From positions 5,010,001 through 5,042,000 of the forward strand of contig NZ_RSDW01000001.1 in assembly GCF_003945235.1 (NCBI RefSeq): 32,000 bases of DNA, in the 5' to 3' direction. Source of the DNA: Edaphobacter aggregans (GTDB taxonomy: Bacteria > Acidobacteriota > Terriglobia > Terriglobales > Acidobacteriaceae). This document shows positions 19,245 to 27,252 of this stretch, in pieces (within the stretch, counting starts at the first letter, position 1; every line of letters begins with the position of its first letter). A program made the position numbers and the translations under genes. The notes beneath the pieces are model-generated. The model had not been told where the DNA came from, ran no database searches, and saw nothing but the letters and a program-made list of their open reading frames with translations.

Positions 19245-19670
19245 CCCGTCTCACCCATCCCAATTCAGGAGAGGTCCCATGTTGCTATTACCTCTCGTCG
19301 ATGTCCTAAAGAACAGGGGCATCAGCGATCCTGATCGCTTTCTTACCCCGTCCTCCTGGAACGATCTGCCCTCTCCTTTTGACATCGAGGGGATGGGGCC
19401 TGCCGTCACACAGATCCTCCACGCGATTCGTTCGCAGCGCCCGATGACTATCGTAGGTGACTACGATTGTGATGGTGTTCTCTCAACCGCAATCCTCGAA
19501 GCGACGCTGCGCAAGCTTGGAGCTCAACCAACCGTCTACCTTCCTCATCGCGACGAAGGCTATGGCCTTAGCAACGAGGTGGTGCACCGGTTCTCTATTG
19601 ATGGCACTTGTCTCCTCATCACCATTGACAACGGAATCAATGCAGCCGGCCCGGTCCGTCTTGCGCGGCG
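19245..19670 (+). repeat. right copy of the ~430-bp direct repeat (part of the intact recJ)
   Basis: See the left copy at 16880-17308. Confidence 0.85.
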
Positions 19671-20799
19671 CCTGGGGATTGGGGTGGTGATCGTGGACCA
19701 TCACCACATCGAAACGCGAGCGGAGGCGACTGCCGTGTGGTCGGAACACTTCTGCGCTGCCGGTATCGCAGTCCTGCTTTCGTGGGCCCTGCTTGAAACC
19801 GCCGGGGCCAGCGAGATCGGCTGCTTTCTGGCCGGTCTGAGCAGACTCGCGGGGATCGCGTCGATCGCGGATTGCGTGCCGTTGACCGGACCTACGAGAA
19901 CGCTGACGCGAATCGGCCTGGGCGAATTGGCCCATACCCGCCATGCCGGTCTTCGCAAAATGCTGACAATGGCAGGCGTTCGTGACAACGAAGTGCCTAC
20001 CTCTGAGCAGATCGCCTTTCGCGTAGCGCCTCGTATCAATGCGGCTGGGCGCGTCGGTCATCCGAACGAAGCCCTTCAGATGCTAAACGCGGTGGACCCG
20101 GACCGACAGGTTGAGCTCGCTCTTTCACTCGACTGCCTGAACAGGGAACGGCGCAAACGAGAAAAGGAAGCGCTCGAGGAACTGCTCCCGATGGTACCGA
20201 GTGACGTTCCGAAAGGTCTGGTGATCTATGGTCCGCATTGGAAGAAGGGAATCGCGGGGATACTTGCCAGCCGGGTTCGGGAACGCTACGGTGTGCCGTC
20301 CTTCGTGCTCGTCCAGGACTCGCGGACGGGAATGGCGGTAGGCTCGGGTCGAAGCGTTGAAGGCTTCAGCCTGATCGATGCCTTGCGCAGCTGCCAATCT
20401 GTGCTTCACCGCTTCGGCGGACATGAGCAGGCAGCGGGGGTGACGCTCACAGTAGAGAACATCCCAGCTTTTCGGCAACAGTTCGAAGCGTTTGTGTGCC
20501 AGCACCCTCCCGGCCTGACTGAAGAGCCTACCGCAGAGGCGGATTTGGACCTCGAGTCGGCTGGACGAGTCTTCCATAACCAACTTCGCCTGTTGGAGCC
20601 ATTCGGGATCGGGAACCCTACACCGATCTTCCGCATCCGGGATGTGTCGGTCCGGCCGGCATCTCCGGGTTTTGCCATCATCCGGCAGCGCAACCGGGAG
20701 TTGAGAGCTCGCTGGTCGGAACCGGTGAAAGGCCGCGGCGCCGTTCTCGTAGCGCTGAATGGCACCTCTGCCACGATCGTGCGATTTCATCCGGAATAG
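19279..20799 (+). CDS. recJ: single-stranded-DNA-specific exonuclease RecJ (DHH family)
   Basis: Motifs: DCDGV, YLPHRDEGYG, ITIDNG, VVIVDHHH (DHH), GGHEQAAG (DHHA1). AGGAGAGG RBS. At 506 aa it is shorter than E. coli RecJ. Confidence 0.85.
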   Translation: MLLLPLVDVLKNRGISDPDRFLTPSSWNDLPSPFDIEGMGPAVTQILHAIRSQRPMTIVGDYDCDGVLSTAILEATLRKLGAQPTVYLPHRDEGYGLSNEVVHRFSIDGTCLLITIDNGINAAGPVRLARRLGIGVVIVDHHHIETRAEATAVWSEHFCAAGIAVLLSWALLETAGASEIGCFLAGLSRLAGIASIADCVPLTGPTRTLTRIGLGELAHTRHAGLRKMLTMAGVRDNEVPTSEQIAFRVAPRINAAGRVGHPNEALQMLNAVDPDRQVELALSLDCLNRERRKREKEALEELLPMVPSDVPKGLVIYGPHWKKGIAGILASRVRERYGVPSFVLVQDSRTGMAVGSGRSVEGFSLIDALRSCQSVLHRFGGHEQAAGVTLTVENIPAFRQQFEAFVCQHPPGLTEEPTAEADLDLESAGRVFHNQLRLLEPFGIGNPTPIFRIRDVSVRPASPGFAIIRQRNRELRARWSEPVKGRGAVLVALNGTSATIVRFHPE

Positions 20800-20867
20800 C
20801 TGTATTTATTGGTGGTTTGACAGAAAACGAGGGTCGTGGGATAAACGTCCGCAAGTTAGGAGGCTTT

Positions 20868-21710
20868 GTGGACGTACTCACAGAAGAACTTGAAAAATAC
20901 ACCCGGTCGCTGGAAGGAATCATCCTTCCCCGCTCACTCATGGATTGTTTCGAATATCACCGAAGACGAGAGATGAGGAATGCGGCCAGCTCGTTCAACG
21001 ACAACGAACTCAGCTGGTTTCTGCATATGATGAATGAACTTCGCGGCGTGGAAGACAGAAAAGAGGATTTCGACCTACTGTTCTATCCCGTCATGTACAT
21101 GATCGATCACCCCGCCTGGACGGCGCCGCCGGGACTTGAGATCGAGCTCCCCCCACTCAATACTGCAGTGTATGACCAGGCAAGCACTGGTTCTATGTTC
21201 AGACAGATCGCGGAAGATGAGATCGCGCGACTAAAGACGCTGGCTGACACCTATCCGGACGATGCGGTGATCGGATTGGCCAGGATCGCTGTGGCGGCCC
21301 ACCTCGACGACACTCCGATCGTAGATCGGCGTATGTCGATTCGATATCTCGCGATGAATACCAGCGCGAAGCTCGAGGACCTTTGGGCTGGGGACGATAC
21401 CCTGTGGCTGGAAACCGGAACACGTAAGGTGACACTGCCGGACGTGGTTGCCGAACTCAAGGCAGAGCTTCTTCAGCAGCGGGCGGCCATCGCCGAGGAA
21501 AAGGTGACGGAGAAAGATTTGGTCTGCTACACAGAAGGAGAGATCAAGTACTTTGCTTTCAATCCTGACAAGTTTCTCCTGTCGGGTAAGACGAGGCATA
21601 TGCCGCTTTGCGGCTTGTGCCAGGAACAAATTGCTCGCTGGATTGAAACCGTGCGAAAGGCAGAGGAGAAGATGCTGTCAGAGCGAGACGGCCAGGTACG
21701 TCTCCACTGA
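20868..21710 (+). CDS. hypothetical protein downstream of recJ
   Basis: The ORF is open from TTG 20817. I prefer the in-frame GTG at 20868, preceded by AGGAGG (20858-20863). No recognisable motif. Confidence 0.5.
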   Translation: MDVLTEELEKYTRSLEGIILPRSLMDCFEYHRRREMRNAASSFNDNELSWFLHMMNELRGVEDRKEDFDLLFYPVMYMIDHPAWTAPPGLEIELPPLNTAVYDQASTGSMFRQIAEDEIARLKTLADTYPDDAVIGLARIAVAAHLDDTPIVDRRMSIRYLAMNTSAKLEDLWAGDDTLWLETGTRKVTLPDVVAELKAELLQQRAAIAEEKVTEKDLVCYTEGEIKYFAFNPDKFLLSGKTRHMPLCGLCQEQIARWIETVRKAEEKMLSERDGQVRLH

Positions 21711-21718
21711 AGCTGGAG

Positions 21719-22438
21719 CTAGGGCACGATCTTCAGGGGATAGTAATAAACCGTCTCGTCGCTCTCGTGCGTGGTCGAGAGGTAGTATGCGCCGGGATTC
21801 AAGTGCTCAAGGTGCAGAGTTGTCTCAAGCAGAGTCTGCTGCCCTTTCTGCAATGCAGTCCCTTCACTGAATGGCTCTTTCTGATCTGGCTGTCTTGTTC
21901 TGCTGACTGTCACAAGATACGAGCCAGTCTCACTGAGAGCCGGGAGAATGAGCGTGACTTTTACTGTCCTTGCGGGAAGAGTGGCGAAGGCCTGTTCGTT
22001 GGAAGATCCCCGCGTGGCTGCGGCCGTAGAAAGGTCAACGGTTTCGGATATCGGAGACAACGAAGAATCCTGTTGGGCCACTTCATCAGGGCTCCGATGG
22101 GTGTGCAAGCGGTAGGCAAGAAACAAAACGCCTACGAGGACAAGAGTCGCCAGCGCCGTCAGACCGGCTAACAAAGGTATGTTCCGAGGTTTTGGGCTCT
22201 CCTGACGCAGCTCCATTAAGCGCCGCAGACATCGAGCACAATGAGAGACGTGGACGACACGCGGATCGAGAAGTGAGGGCTTTCGCGAGGACCAGGCCAG
22301 CTTTCTCAGGAACTCTTCATCGATCTCTTCACAATCAGAATCATCAACAACATGTGCCGGTGGGAGCTTGCGGTAGAGCTCAGCAAACCATTCTTCTGAT
22401 GGAACCTTTCGTGCGTCCGGCTTATTTTCAAAGTTCAA
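21719..22438 (-). CDS. putative anti-sigma factor (zf-HC2-like, single TM)
   Basis: HVSHCARCLRRL (Hx3Cx2C), then the TM segment IPLLAGLTALATLVLVGVLFLAY and a ~120-aa extracytoplasmic tail. TTG start with a GAGGA RBS. It lies downstream of a sigma-like gene. Confidence 0.45.
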   Translation of the reverse strand: MNFENKPDARKVPSEEWFAELYRKLPPAHVVDDSDCEEIDEEFLRKLAWSSRKPSLLDPRVVHVSHCARCLRRLMELRQESPKPRNIPLLAGLTALATLVLVGVLFLAYRLHTHRSPDEVAQQDSSLSPISETVDLSTAAATRGSSNEQAFATLPARTVKVTLILPALSETGSYLVTVSRTRQPDQKEPFSEGTALQKGQQTLLETTLHLEHLNPGAYYLSTTHESDETVYYYPLKIVP

Positions 22439-22577
22439 GACGAAGTCCTCGCATGTACGCTCAACCCCTCCGAACGAATCGAAATCACGTTCGGACGTGC
22501 TTACAGCACCTTCAGACCCACGACGACAGAGCCTTAGGGAAATCCTTATTGGGGAGGAATCCGATATTGAGTGATTT

Positions 22578-23144
22578 TTAGCGAACTACACGCATGCCCC
22601 TTCCTAACCGCTCCAGCGCGGCATCAGCCTCCCGACGGAAGGCAATCCGTATCGAGTTATGGTCAACTTCAAACGTCTTTCCGATCTCGCGCCATGAGTA
22701 ACCCATCCACAGCCACGTGGCTACTTCCTGAGCCTGGGGCGAAAGCAGGTCCAGAATCTCTCGGATGAGCATAGCCTCGGTTGGATCTGGGATCTCTGTT
22801 GAAGAGAAGTTTAGCTCAAGGTCATGGGTTGACCCGACGGCCTCTTCTTTTCTTCTTCGATTCGCCATCTGCTTGGTGACCCGGCGTACCTGGCTTCTCA
22901 GACGGGCCGTGAGTTTCTCCCCCGAAGGCCGGGGAGAGGTACGAAGTGCATACGAGTGGATGGACTCAAGCGCTTGCTCCATAATGTCCACACCCAAACT
23001 TTCGTCATGCAGGTAAGACCACGCCGAGAGTTGAGCATACGGCCAGGTCCTCTGCACGGCCGCCATCAGGCCATTTCGGAGCTCATCCTCCAGAGAATCC
23101 TGCCACTTCCAGAGGAGTTCAGCAGTATAAGTCTTGGTGGACAT
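22578..23144 (-). CDS. sigma-70 family (ECF-like) sigma factor, divergent
   Basis: Region-4-type HTH: LSPQAQEVATWLWMGYSWREIGKTFEVDHNSIRIAFRREADAAL. Region 2 is atypical. I prefer ATG 23144 (MSTKTY...) over the track's TTG at 23159. Confidence 0.5.
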   Translation of the reverse strand: MSTKTYTAELLWKWQDSLEDELRNGLMAAVQRTWPYAQLSAWSYLHDESLGVDIMEQALESIHSYALRTSPRPSGEKLTARLRSQVRRVTKQMANRRRKEEAVGSTHDLELNFSSTEIPDPTEAMLIREILDLLSPQAQEVATWLWMGYSWREIGKTFEVDHNSIRIAFRREADAALERLGRGMRVVR

Positions 23145-23417
23145 GAGTTTTGAGACCAAGAGCGATTTGTACCGCGGATAAAAGAGTACCGTCAGACGTG
23201 TTTTGCGTCCAGTCGAACAGAGTTTTTTCCCTGTTTTCCACAGACACTTGGGAATCCAAAGTGCCTTTAGCTTTCAGGAGGGCTGTAGCGTCCGACCACC
23301 TCCCCAAAGCACCAGTCAAATTGTTCGTCGATTCGCAGGGAAAATCTGTCTATATGACACTTCCTTTTCCGGGCTCCTTGTGCATACTGTACGGGAACGA
23401 AGGGAGAATCGCCCCGA

Positions 23418-24116
23418 ATGGAGACCAACGCAGGAAAGACAATCCGCCACAAATGGCCAAGAGAAGCGCACCGCCTGGTTCAAAGGGCGGTTCGCACCAC
23501 CGACAAAACGTCCAAAGCAGTCCTGCTGCACTCGCAGCTGGAGGAACTGACTGGGCACGGTAGCCATGCTTGTTGGCGATTTCTCCAGCGTTATGGGATC
23601 ACTCGGCCAGGAACCGGAAAACGGAGATGCTGGGATGATCCGGGAATCGTAGATTTCGTGATGGAGCACGGCTACAGCGCCGCCTCTGAGAAGTTCGGTT
23701 GCTCCAGGAAGGCTCTTTACAGCTTTATGCAGAGGCAGCAGCGTGGAATCGGCCACTGCAGCGGGCAGTATGGACTCAACCAACTCAGAAAATTGCTGAG
23801 TGTAAGAGTGGAGACGATCCAGTATTGGATAAGCGCCGGTTATCTGGAAGCGAGTCAACAAGTGTATGGCGGGAAAACCACGTATGTTGTTTCCGACGAC
23901 CAATTGCGCCGTTTCCTGACGCGTGAGGCGGCGAATATGGTTCCTCTGCGACGATTCCCGGAAAAACGCGCCGAGTTTCTCAGCACATATCTCTACGACG
24001 AAAAGCACATGAACCTTGGGCTTCTTCGCACGCGGGAGAGTAAGAAAGAAGGTGAGGCATACAGAGAGTACATGGAATCCAACCGCGGCGAAGATTCGCT
24101 CGCAGATGTCGACTAG
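23418..24116 (+). CDS. DNA-binding protein with an excisionase/MerR-type HTH
   Basis: LLSVRVETIQYWISAGYLEA...GKTTYVVSDDQLRRFL fits the excisionase-family HTH pattern. GGGAGA RBS. Its composition is more protein-like than the antisense ORF at 23316-24008. Confidence 0.55.
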   Translation: METNAGKTIRHKWPREAHRLVQRAVRTTDKTSKAVLLHSQLEELTGHGSHACWRFLQRYGITRPGTGKRRCWDDPGIVDFVMEHGYSAASEKFGCSRKALYSFMQRQQRGIGHCSGQYGLNQLRKLLSVRVETIQYWISAGYLEASQQVYGGKTTYVVSDDQLRRFLTREAANMVPLRRFPEKRAEFLSTYLYDEKHMNLGLLRTRESKKEGEAYREYMESNRGEDSLADVD

Positions 24117-24313
24117 CGTCTCTTGGTTAGGCCCAATGCCTTGAGCAATAGCCTGCCGAGTTTCTGCTGCCTTCCGCTCCTGGTCAGCGGGATACCGATC
24201 TTTCTGGACAGATTGCTCTTTGCCGCTGAGATCCCGAACAGCCTGCGCCAGCTGAATCCTCCGAGGTTCATCGTCTCACCCCCTCCGGCAATCTTGGCGC
24301 GCCGGCGCGCTCG

Positions 24314-24868
24314 CTATGCGGGTCGGCGTTCTTTGATCTCCCACAGAGATTGATCACAACTCGCATTGACGCCACACCCGCGACAGCGGTTCTTCTGATT
24401 GTGACTCCTGTCAGCGCAGTTGTTGAATCGAGATTTACGAACCTCCTGCACGACAGTAGCGAACCACGCAAGATTTTCGTCGGTTGGGACTACTTTGCGC
24501 GCTGTCTCCCCGCTATAGATCACCAGCCCGTAGGGCACTCGTTCCCGGTAGTTCTCCCGCACCAGCACAATATAGGCAAGCACCTGAATCAGGTGATTGG
24601 GATAGACGCCGCCCTGTGCCGGCGGCTTGGCCGACTTCTTGAATTCAACAGGAATAATGCCTTCGGCATTTCTGATCAGGCAGTCTGGCTTGCCGTGGAT
24701 GCCGTATGCGCTGGACCGTAAGGTCACGGCGGCCATGGGCTGCCCGGAATGGTCCTGGTAAAACACATCGCCGTTTGGCAGCCCGAGCCGCCGGCGCCGC
24801 TGCTGGCTCCGACGCAATAGGACGAACCCCACGAGTAAGGCCAGGATTGCGAACGCGAGGAGAATCAT
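24314..24868 (-). CDS. Cas4-like PD-(D/E)xK nuclease, C-terminal half with an N-terminal TM anchor
   Basis: TM segment ILLAFAILALLVGFVLL. Nuclease motifs GKPDCLIRNAEGIIPVEFKKS (D...ExK) and QVLAY (QxxxY). C-terminal CRGCGVNASC (Cx2Cx5C). ATG 24868 overlaps the upstream stop as ATGA. Confidence 0.7.
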   Translation of the reverse strand: MILLAFAILALLVGFVLLRRSQQRRRRLGLPNGDVFYQDHSGQPMAAVTLRSSAYGIHGKPDCLIRNAEGIIPVEFKKSAKPPAQGGVYPNHLIQVLAYIVLVRENYRERVPYGLVIYSGETARKVVPTDENLAWFATVVQEVRKSRFNNCADRSHNQKNRCRGCGVNASCDQSLWEIKERRPA

Positions 24869-25137
24869 TTCAAGAAACTCCACACAAACAACACAAGCAA
24901 AAGCAAGGCGATGAGGAGAGCCGCATAGGCGCCGCCGGTAAGCGCATCCGTTCTTGCGAGTTGCTCGCCCTGCTCTTTATGCCACATCTCGCCTTGCGCC
25001 TGGGCCTCGCGTGCCTCGGCGTCCGATGGCTTCTTCTGAACCATCTTGAGCCACCATGCACGCCGGCAGTACACGAACTCCGCCAACTCACTCACACGGA
25101 TTGGATCTTCAGGCCCTGGCACCTCATCATTCGGCAT
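24865..25137 (-). CDS. Cas4-like nuclease, N-terminal fragment with a C-terminal TM anchor
   Basis: VSELAEFVYCRRAWWLK matches the N-terminal Cys motif of Cas4/RecB-family Fe-S nucleases. It ends in the TM segment AYAALLIALLLLVLFVWSFL. Confidence 0.6.
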   Translation of the reverse strand: MPNDEVPGPEDPIRVSELAEFVYCRRAWWLKMVQKKPSDAEAREAQAQGEMWHKEQGEQLARTDALTGGAYAALLIALLLLVLFVWSFLK

Positions 25138-25197
25138 CCATTTCCACTTTCAGTCAAATTGGCAAATCAACTCAAGTCACACCACAGGAGCTTCGTC

Positions 25198-25785
25198 ATG
25201 TTCCGAGAATTGTCGCCTCTACTGACCCGGCGCAGCCTGGTCCTCACCGTATCGTCGATCGGCGAGGGCCGCATCCGCCTCACGATCACTCCGCGTCCCA
25301 CCGATAAGGATGAATCCAGGGAAGTGATTCAACCCCTCGCCGTCGAAGGAACCGCCGAAGAGCTCGATACCGATCTGGCCAAGGCCCTGATCGACTATAC
25401 GGCGGAACACCTGACGCTTGCCCGTTCGCTCGAGCAGGTCAAGGCAAACATGGAAGCGGCACTTAAAGAAGCCAAGGAAGAAGCAGCGAAGAAGGTCGCA
25501 GATGCGAAGAGGGCCATCAAACCAGCTTCGACAAAGACCGCCATGGCCCCTGCGCCCGAAGTCAGTAAGCCTGCGCCTCCAAGCCTGTTTGATGCCCCCA
25601 AGGAGCCTACGGCCAATCCGTCGGCGGCGAAAAAGCAGGTTGCAGACGACGATGAGGACGATGATTCGGATATTCCTTCACCCGGGGCGGCGGTGCAGCC
25701 CAGCATGTTTGACACCCAAAGCGAGGAAAACGAAATTCTGAAGGAGGCATTTTATGGCACTGATAACGACCACGCTGCCGCGTGA
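25198..25785 (+). CDS. PRTRC system protein E-like
   Basis: MFRELSPLLTRRSLVLTVSSIGEGRIRLTITP ... GTAEELDTDLAKALIDYTAEH, then an Ala/Lys/Pro-rich linker and an acidic tail (DDDEDDDSD). This matches my memory of the PRTRC E family. AGGAG RBS. The ORF upstream of 25198 is antisense to the Cas4 genes. Confidence 0.65.
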   Translation: MFRELSPLLTRRSLVLTVSSIGEGRIRLTITPRPTDKDESREVIQPLAVEGTAEELDTDLAKALIDYTAEHLTLARSLEQVKANMEAALKEAKEEAAKKVADAKRAIKPASTKTAMAPAPEVSKPAPPSLFDAPKEPTANPSAAKKQVADDDEDDDSDIPSPGAAVQPSMFDTQSEENEILKEAFYGTDNDHAAA

Positions 25786-25960
25786 ATTTATCCTCGACGG
25801 CCGAAAGCTGGCCGATCCGAACCCCGCAATGTCCGTTGATGAGGTACGGACTCATTACACCGGGATCTATCCGGCGCTCAACAACTCCTCCTACGAGGAG
25901 CAGCTGACCGAACGCGCCCGAACCATCACCTTCACTACTTCAATCGGGCACAAGGGTTAG
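25754..25960 (+). CDS. PRTRC system protein C-like (prokaryotic ubiquitin-like beta-grasp)
   Basis: 68 aa. Strong GAAGGAGG RBS. Ends ...TSIGHKG with a C-terminal Gly, as remembered for PRTRC C / Prok_Ub proteins (..IGTKG). Confidence 0.7.
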   Translation: MALITTTLPREFILDGRKLADPNPAMSVDEVRTHYTGIYPALNNSSYEEQLTERARTITFTTSIGHKG

Positions 25961-25966
25961 AAGACA

Positions 25967-26197
25967 GTGGCCCGCCCGCTGCGTAAGACAACTCCGCAAT
26001 CCCGCAGGGTCCTGCTGGCAGAGCTCGACCGGCTCAGCCGGCAGGAACGCACTCCCAATGAACAGACCATCGAGAGGTTCCTCCAATGCAAACAGGAGCA
26101 AAAGGCATCGGCAATTGCAGCCGCGATTTCGAAAACCGGGAGTCATCCGCGGGAGATGCTGGCAACTCCGGTCGGCTTGCTGCCCTGGCTGCACTAG
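25967..26197 (+). CDS. possible small helical protein (76 aa, GTG start); overlaps the next ORF by 112 nt
   Basis: Starts 7 nt after the protein C stop. Helical, charged composition. It competes with the 5' end of the 26086 ORF, so it is uncertain. Confidence 0.3.
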   Translation: MARPLRKTTPQSRRVLLAELDRLSRQERTPNEQTIERFLQCKQEQKASAIAAAISKTGSHPREMLATPVGLLPWLH

Positions 26198-27252
26198 GCC
26201 TCAGACGACACAACCCAGGGCTGGTTCTAGCCGCGCTGAAGTCAATCCCAACCTCGTATACCTACACCCAGGGAGGGGACACCGCGGTTGCCTTTGCGCG
26301 CAGCCTCGTGGAGCTGGGCCTGGGCTCGCCCGAGATGTGGCAACGTCACAATGCCAATCCATCGCTGTTCATTCGGAGCGCGATCAATGAATGGCTTCAA
26401 TCGTTGGGAGCTGCGGACCTCGTTAATGATGTGAGCATCGATCTGGCCATCGTCGATGAACTTGATGACGGCATCCGGCAAGACAAAGGAAAGCTCTTCA
26501 TCCTGTTAGAAACCTCCGATGGCTGTGGATTTCTGTGCGTAGGCAGCGCCCTGCGACTGCTTGAGGAAGAACACGCAGGCCTGGGGCGCTCCTTCTATAT
26601 CGTGCTCTCAACTTTCATGAACCGGTGGATGGAGATCTACGACAGTTCGCGAGCGGAGTACTTCTATGAGCGCTGGAAAGAAAGCATCGAGATGGACATC
26701 GAGGACTGGGACGGCTCCGAGGCAGCGTTTCAGTTGTATTGCGAGAATAACGACATCCATCTTCCAGACCTTGTGGCGTCGACTCCCTCCTGTATCCGGG
26801 AGATCAACTTCCACAAAGAATTAAAAAAGCTAAAGCAACACATTCATATGCTGAGGCAACACCGGGCAGGGAAGCATGGAGCATGGATCGAACGTGTCCT
26901 CGCAATTGCTCGCTTCCTCAAGCCCGAACCTGGCATGGATTACCGGGAGATCGATGGGATCTGGGACGATGGCCCGCTGCCAAACTGGGCATTGGCGTTC
27001 CAACCCCATGACCCCATTACCCAGGCCTTCGATGAGGAAGCGCAGTGTATGTACGAGTCCTCGCATGCGCCGGCATGGATTGCGTCGCTTGATCCAACGG
27101 ACACCAGGGACGTCAGACGTGTGCTCACGCACATCCAGCGGCTCGTCACCATCAACCGGGAGCTGGTATGCCTCTCCAAAGCCCTCGAAAGGAGCGCACC
27201 CATTGCAGGCACAGATCAGTCTGAGTTCCACCAAGAGCTTCGAGTTGCGTGA
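26086..27252 (+). CDS. PRTRC-associated protein in the position of protein F
   Basis: 388-aa ORF between the Ubl and E2-like genes. GAGAGG RBS 8 nt before the ATG. Assignment rests on position and size only. The first ~30 aa are Gly/Ser-rich and may not be real. Confidence 0.5.
   Translation: MQTGAKGIGNCSRDFENRESSAGDAGNSGRLAALAALGLRRHNPGLVLAALKSIPTSYTYTQGGDTAVAFARSLVELGLGSPEMWQRHNANPSLFIRSAINEWLQSLGAADLVNDVSIDLAIVDELDDGIRQDKGKLFILLETSDGCGFLCVGSALRLLEEEHAGLGRSFYIVLSTFMNRWMEIYDSSRAEYFYERWKESIEMDIEDWDGSEAAFQLYCENNDIHLPDLVASTPSCIREINFHKELKKLKQHIHMLRQHRAGKHGAWIERVLAIARFLKPEPGMDYREIDGIWDDGPLPNWALAFQPHDPITQAFDEEAQCMYESSHAPAWIASLDPTDTRDVRRVLTHIQRLVTINRELVCLSKALERSAPIAGTDQSEFHQELRVA

Noticed and set aside
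19483-20790. Minus-strand ORFs of 192 aa, 112 aa, 221 aa and 122 aa within recJ
   Set aside because: They are antisense to a gene with DHH/DHHA1 motifs. Their Arg/Ala/Pro-rich translations are typical of GC-rich shadow frames.
23160-23330. ECF-type promoter (GGAAAAC ... TCGACT) upstream of the sigma-like gene
   Set aside because: Only a loose match to GGAAC-N16-CGT-type promoters. It is speculative without a transcription start site or conservation.
23316-24008. 230-aa minus-strand ORF overlapping the 23418-24116 HTH protein
   Set aside because: The plus-strand frame has an RBS, an excisionase-type HTH and protein-like composition. The minus frame is Ser/Arg/Leu-rich with no motif, so I treat it as a shadow ORF. 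Confidence in this choice is only moderate.
24706-25197. N-terminal 164 codons of the 359-aa ORF (24706-25785)
   Set aside because: This part is antisense to the Cas4-like genes and Arg/Ala/Gly-rich. The recognisable protein E sequence begins at ATG 25198, which has an AGGAG RBS.
25138-25197. Sigma-54 promoter in the Cas4/PRTRC divergent intergenic region (TTGGCAAATCAACTCAA)
   Set aside because: The -24 GG is present, but the -12 TTGC element is missing at the required spacing.
26876-27202. Upstream extension of the E2-like ORF (track start 26876)
   Set aside because: It overlaps the 388-aa ORF in another frame for over 300 nt. Its translation is Ser/Arg/Pro-rich. PRTRC B-like similarity begins only near 27250.
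26086-27252. JAB/MPN deubiquitinase hidden in the 388-aa protein (QHIHMLRQH)
   Set aside because: The H-x-H is not followed by the conserved Ser/Asp spacing of JAB motifs, and no upstream Glu motif is recognisable.
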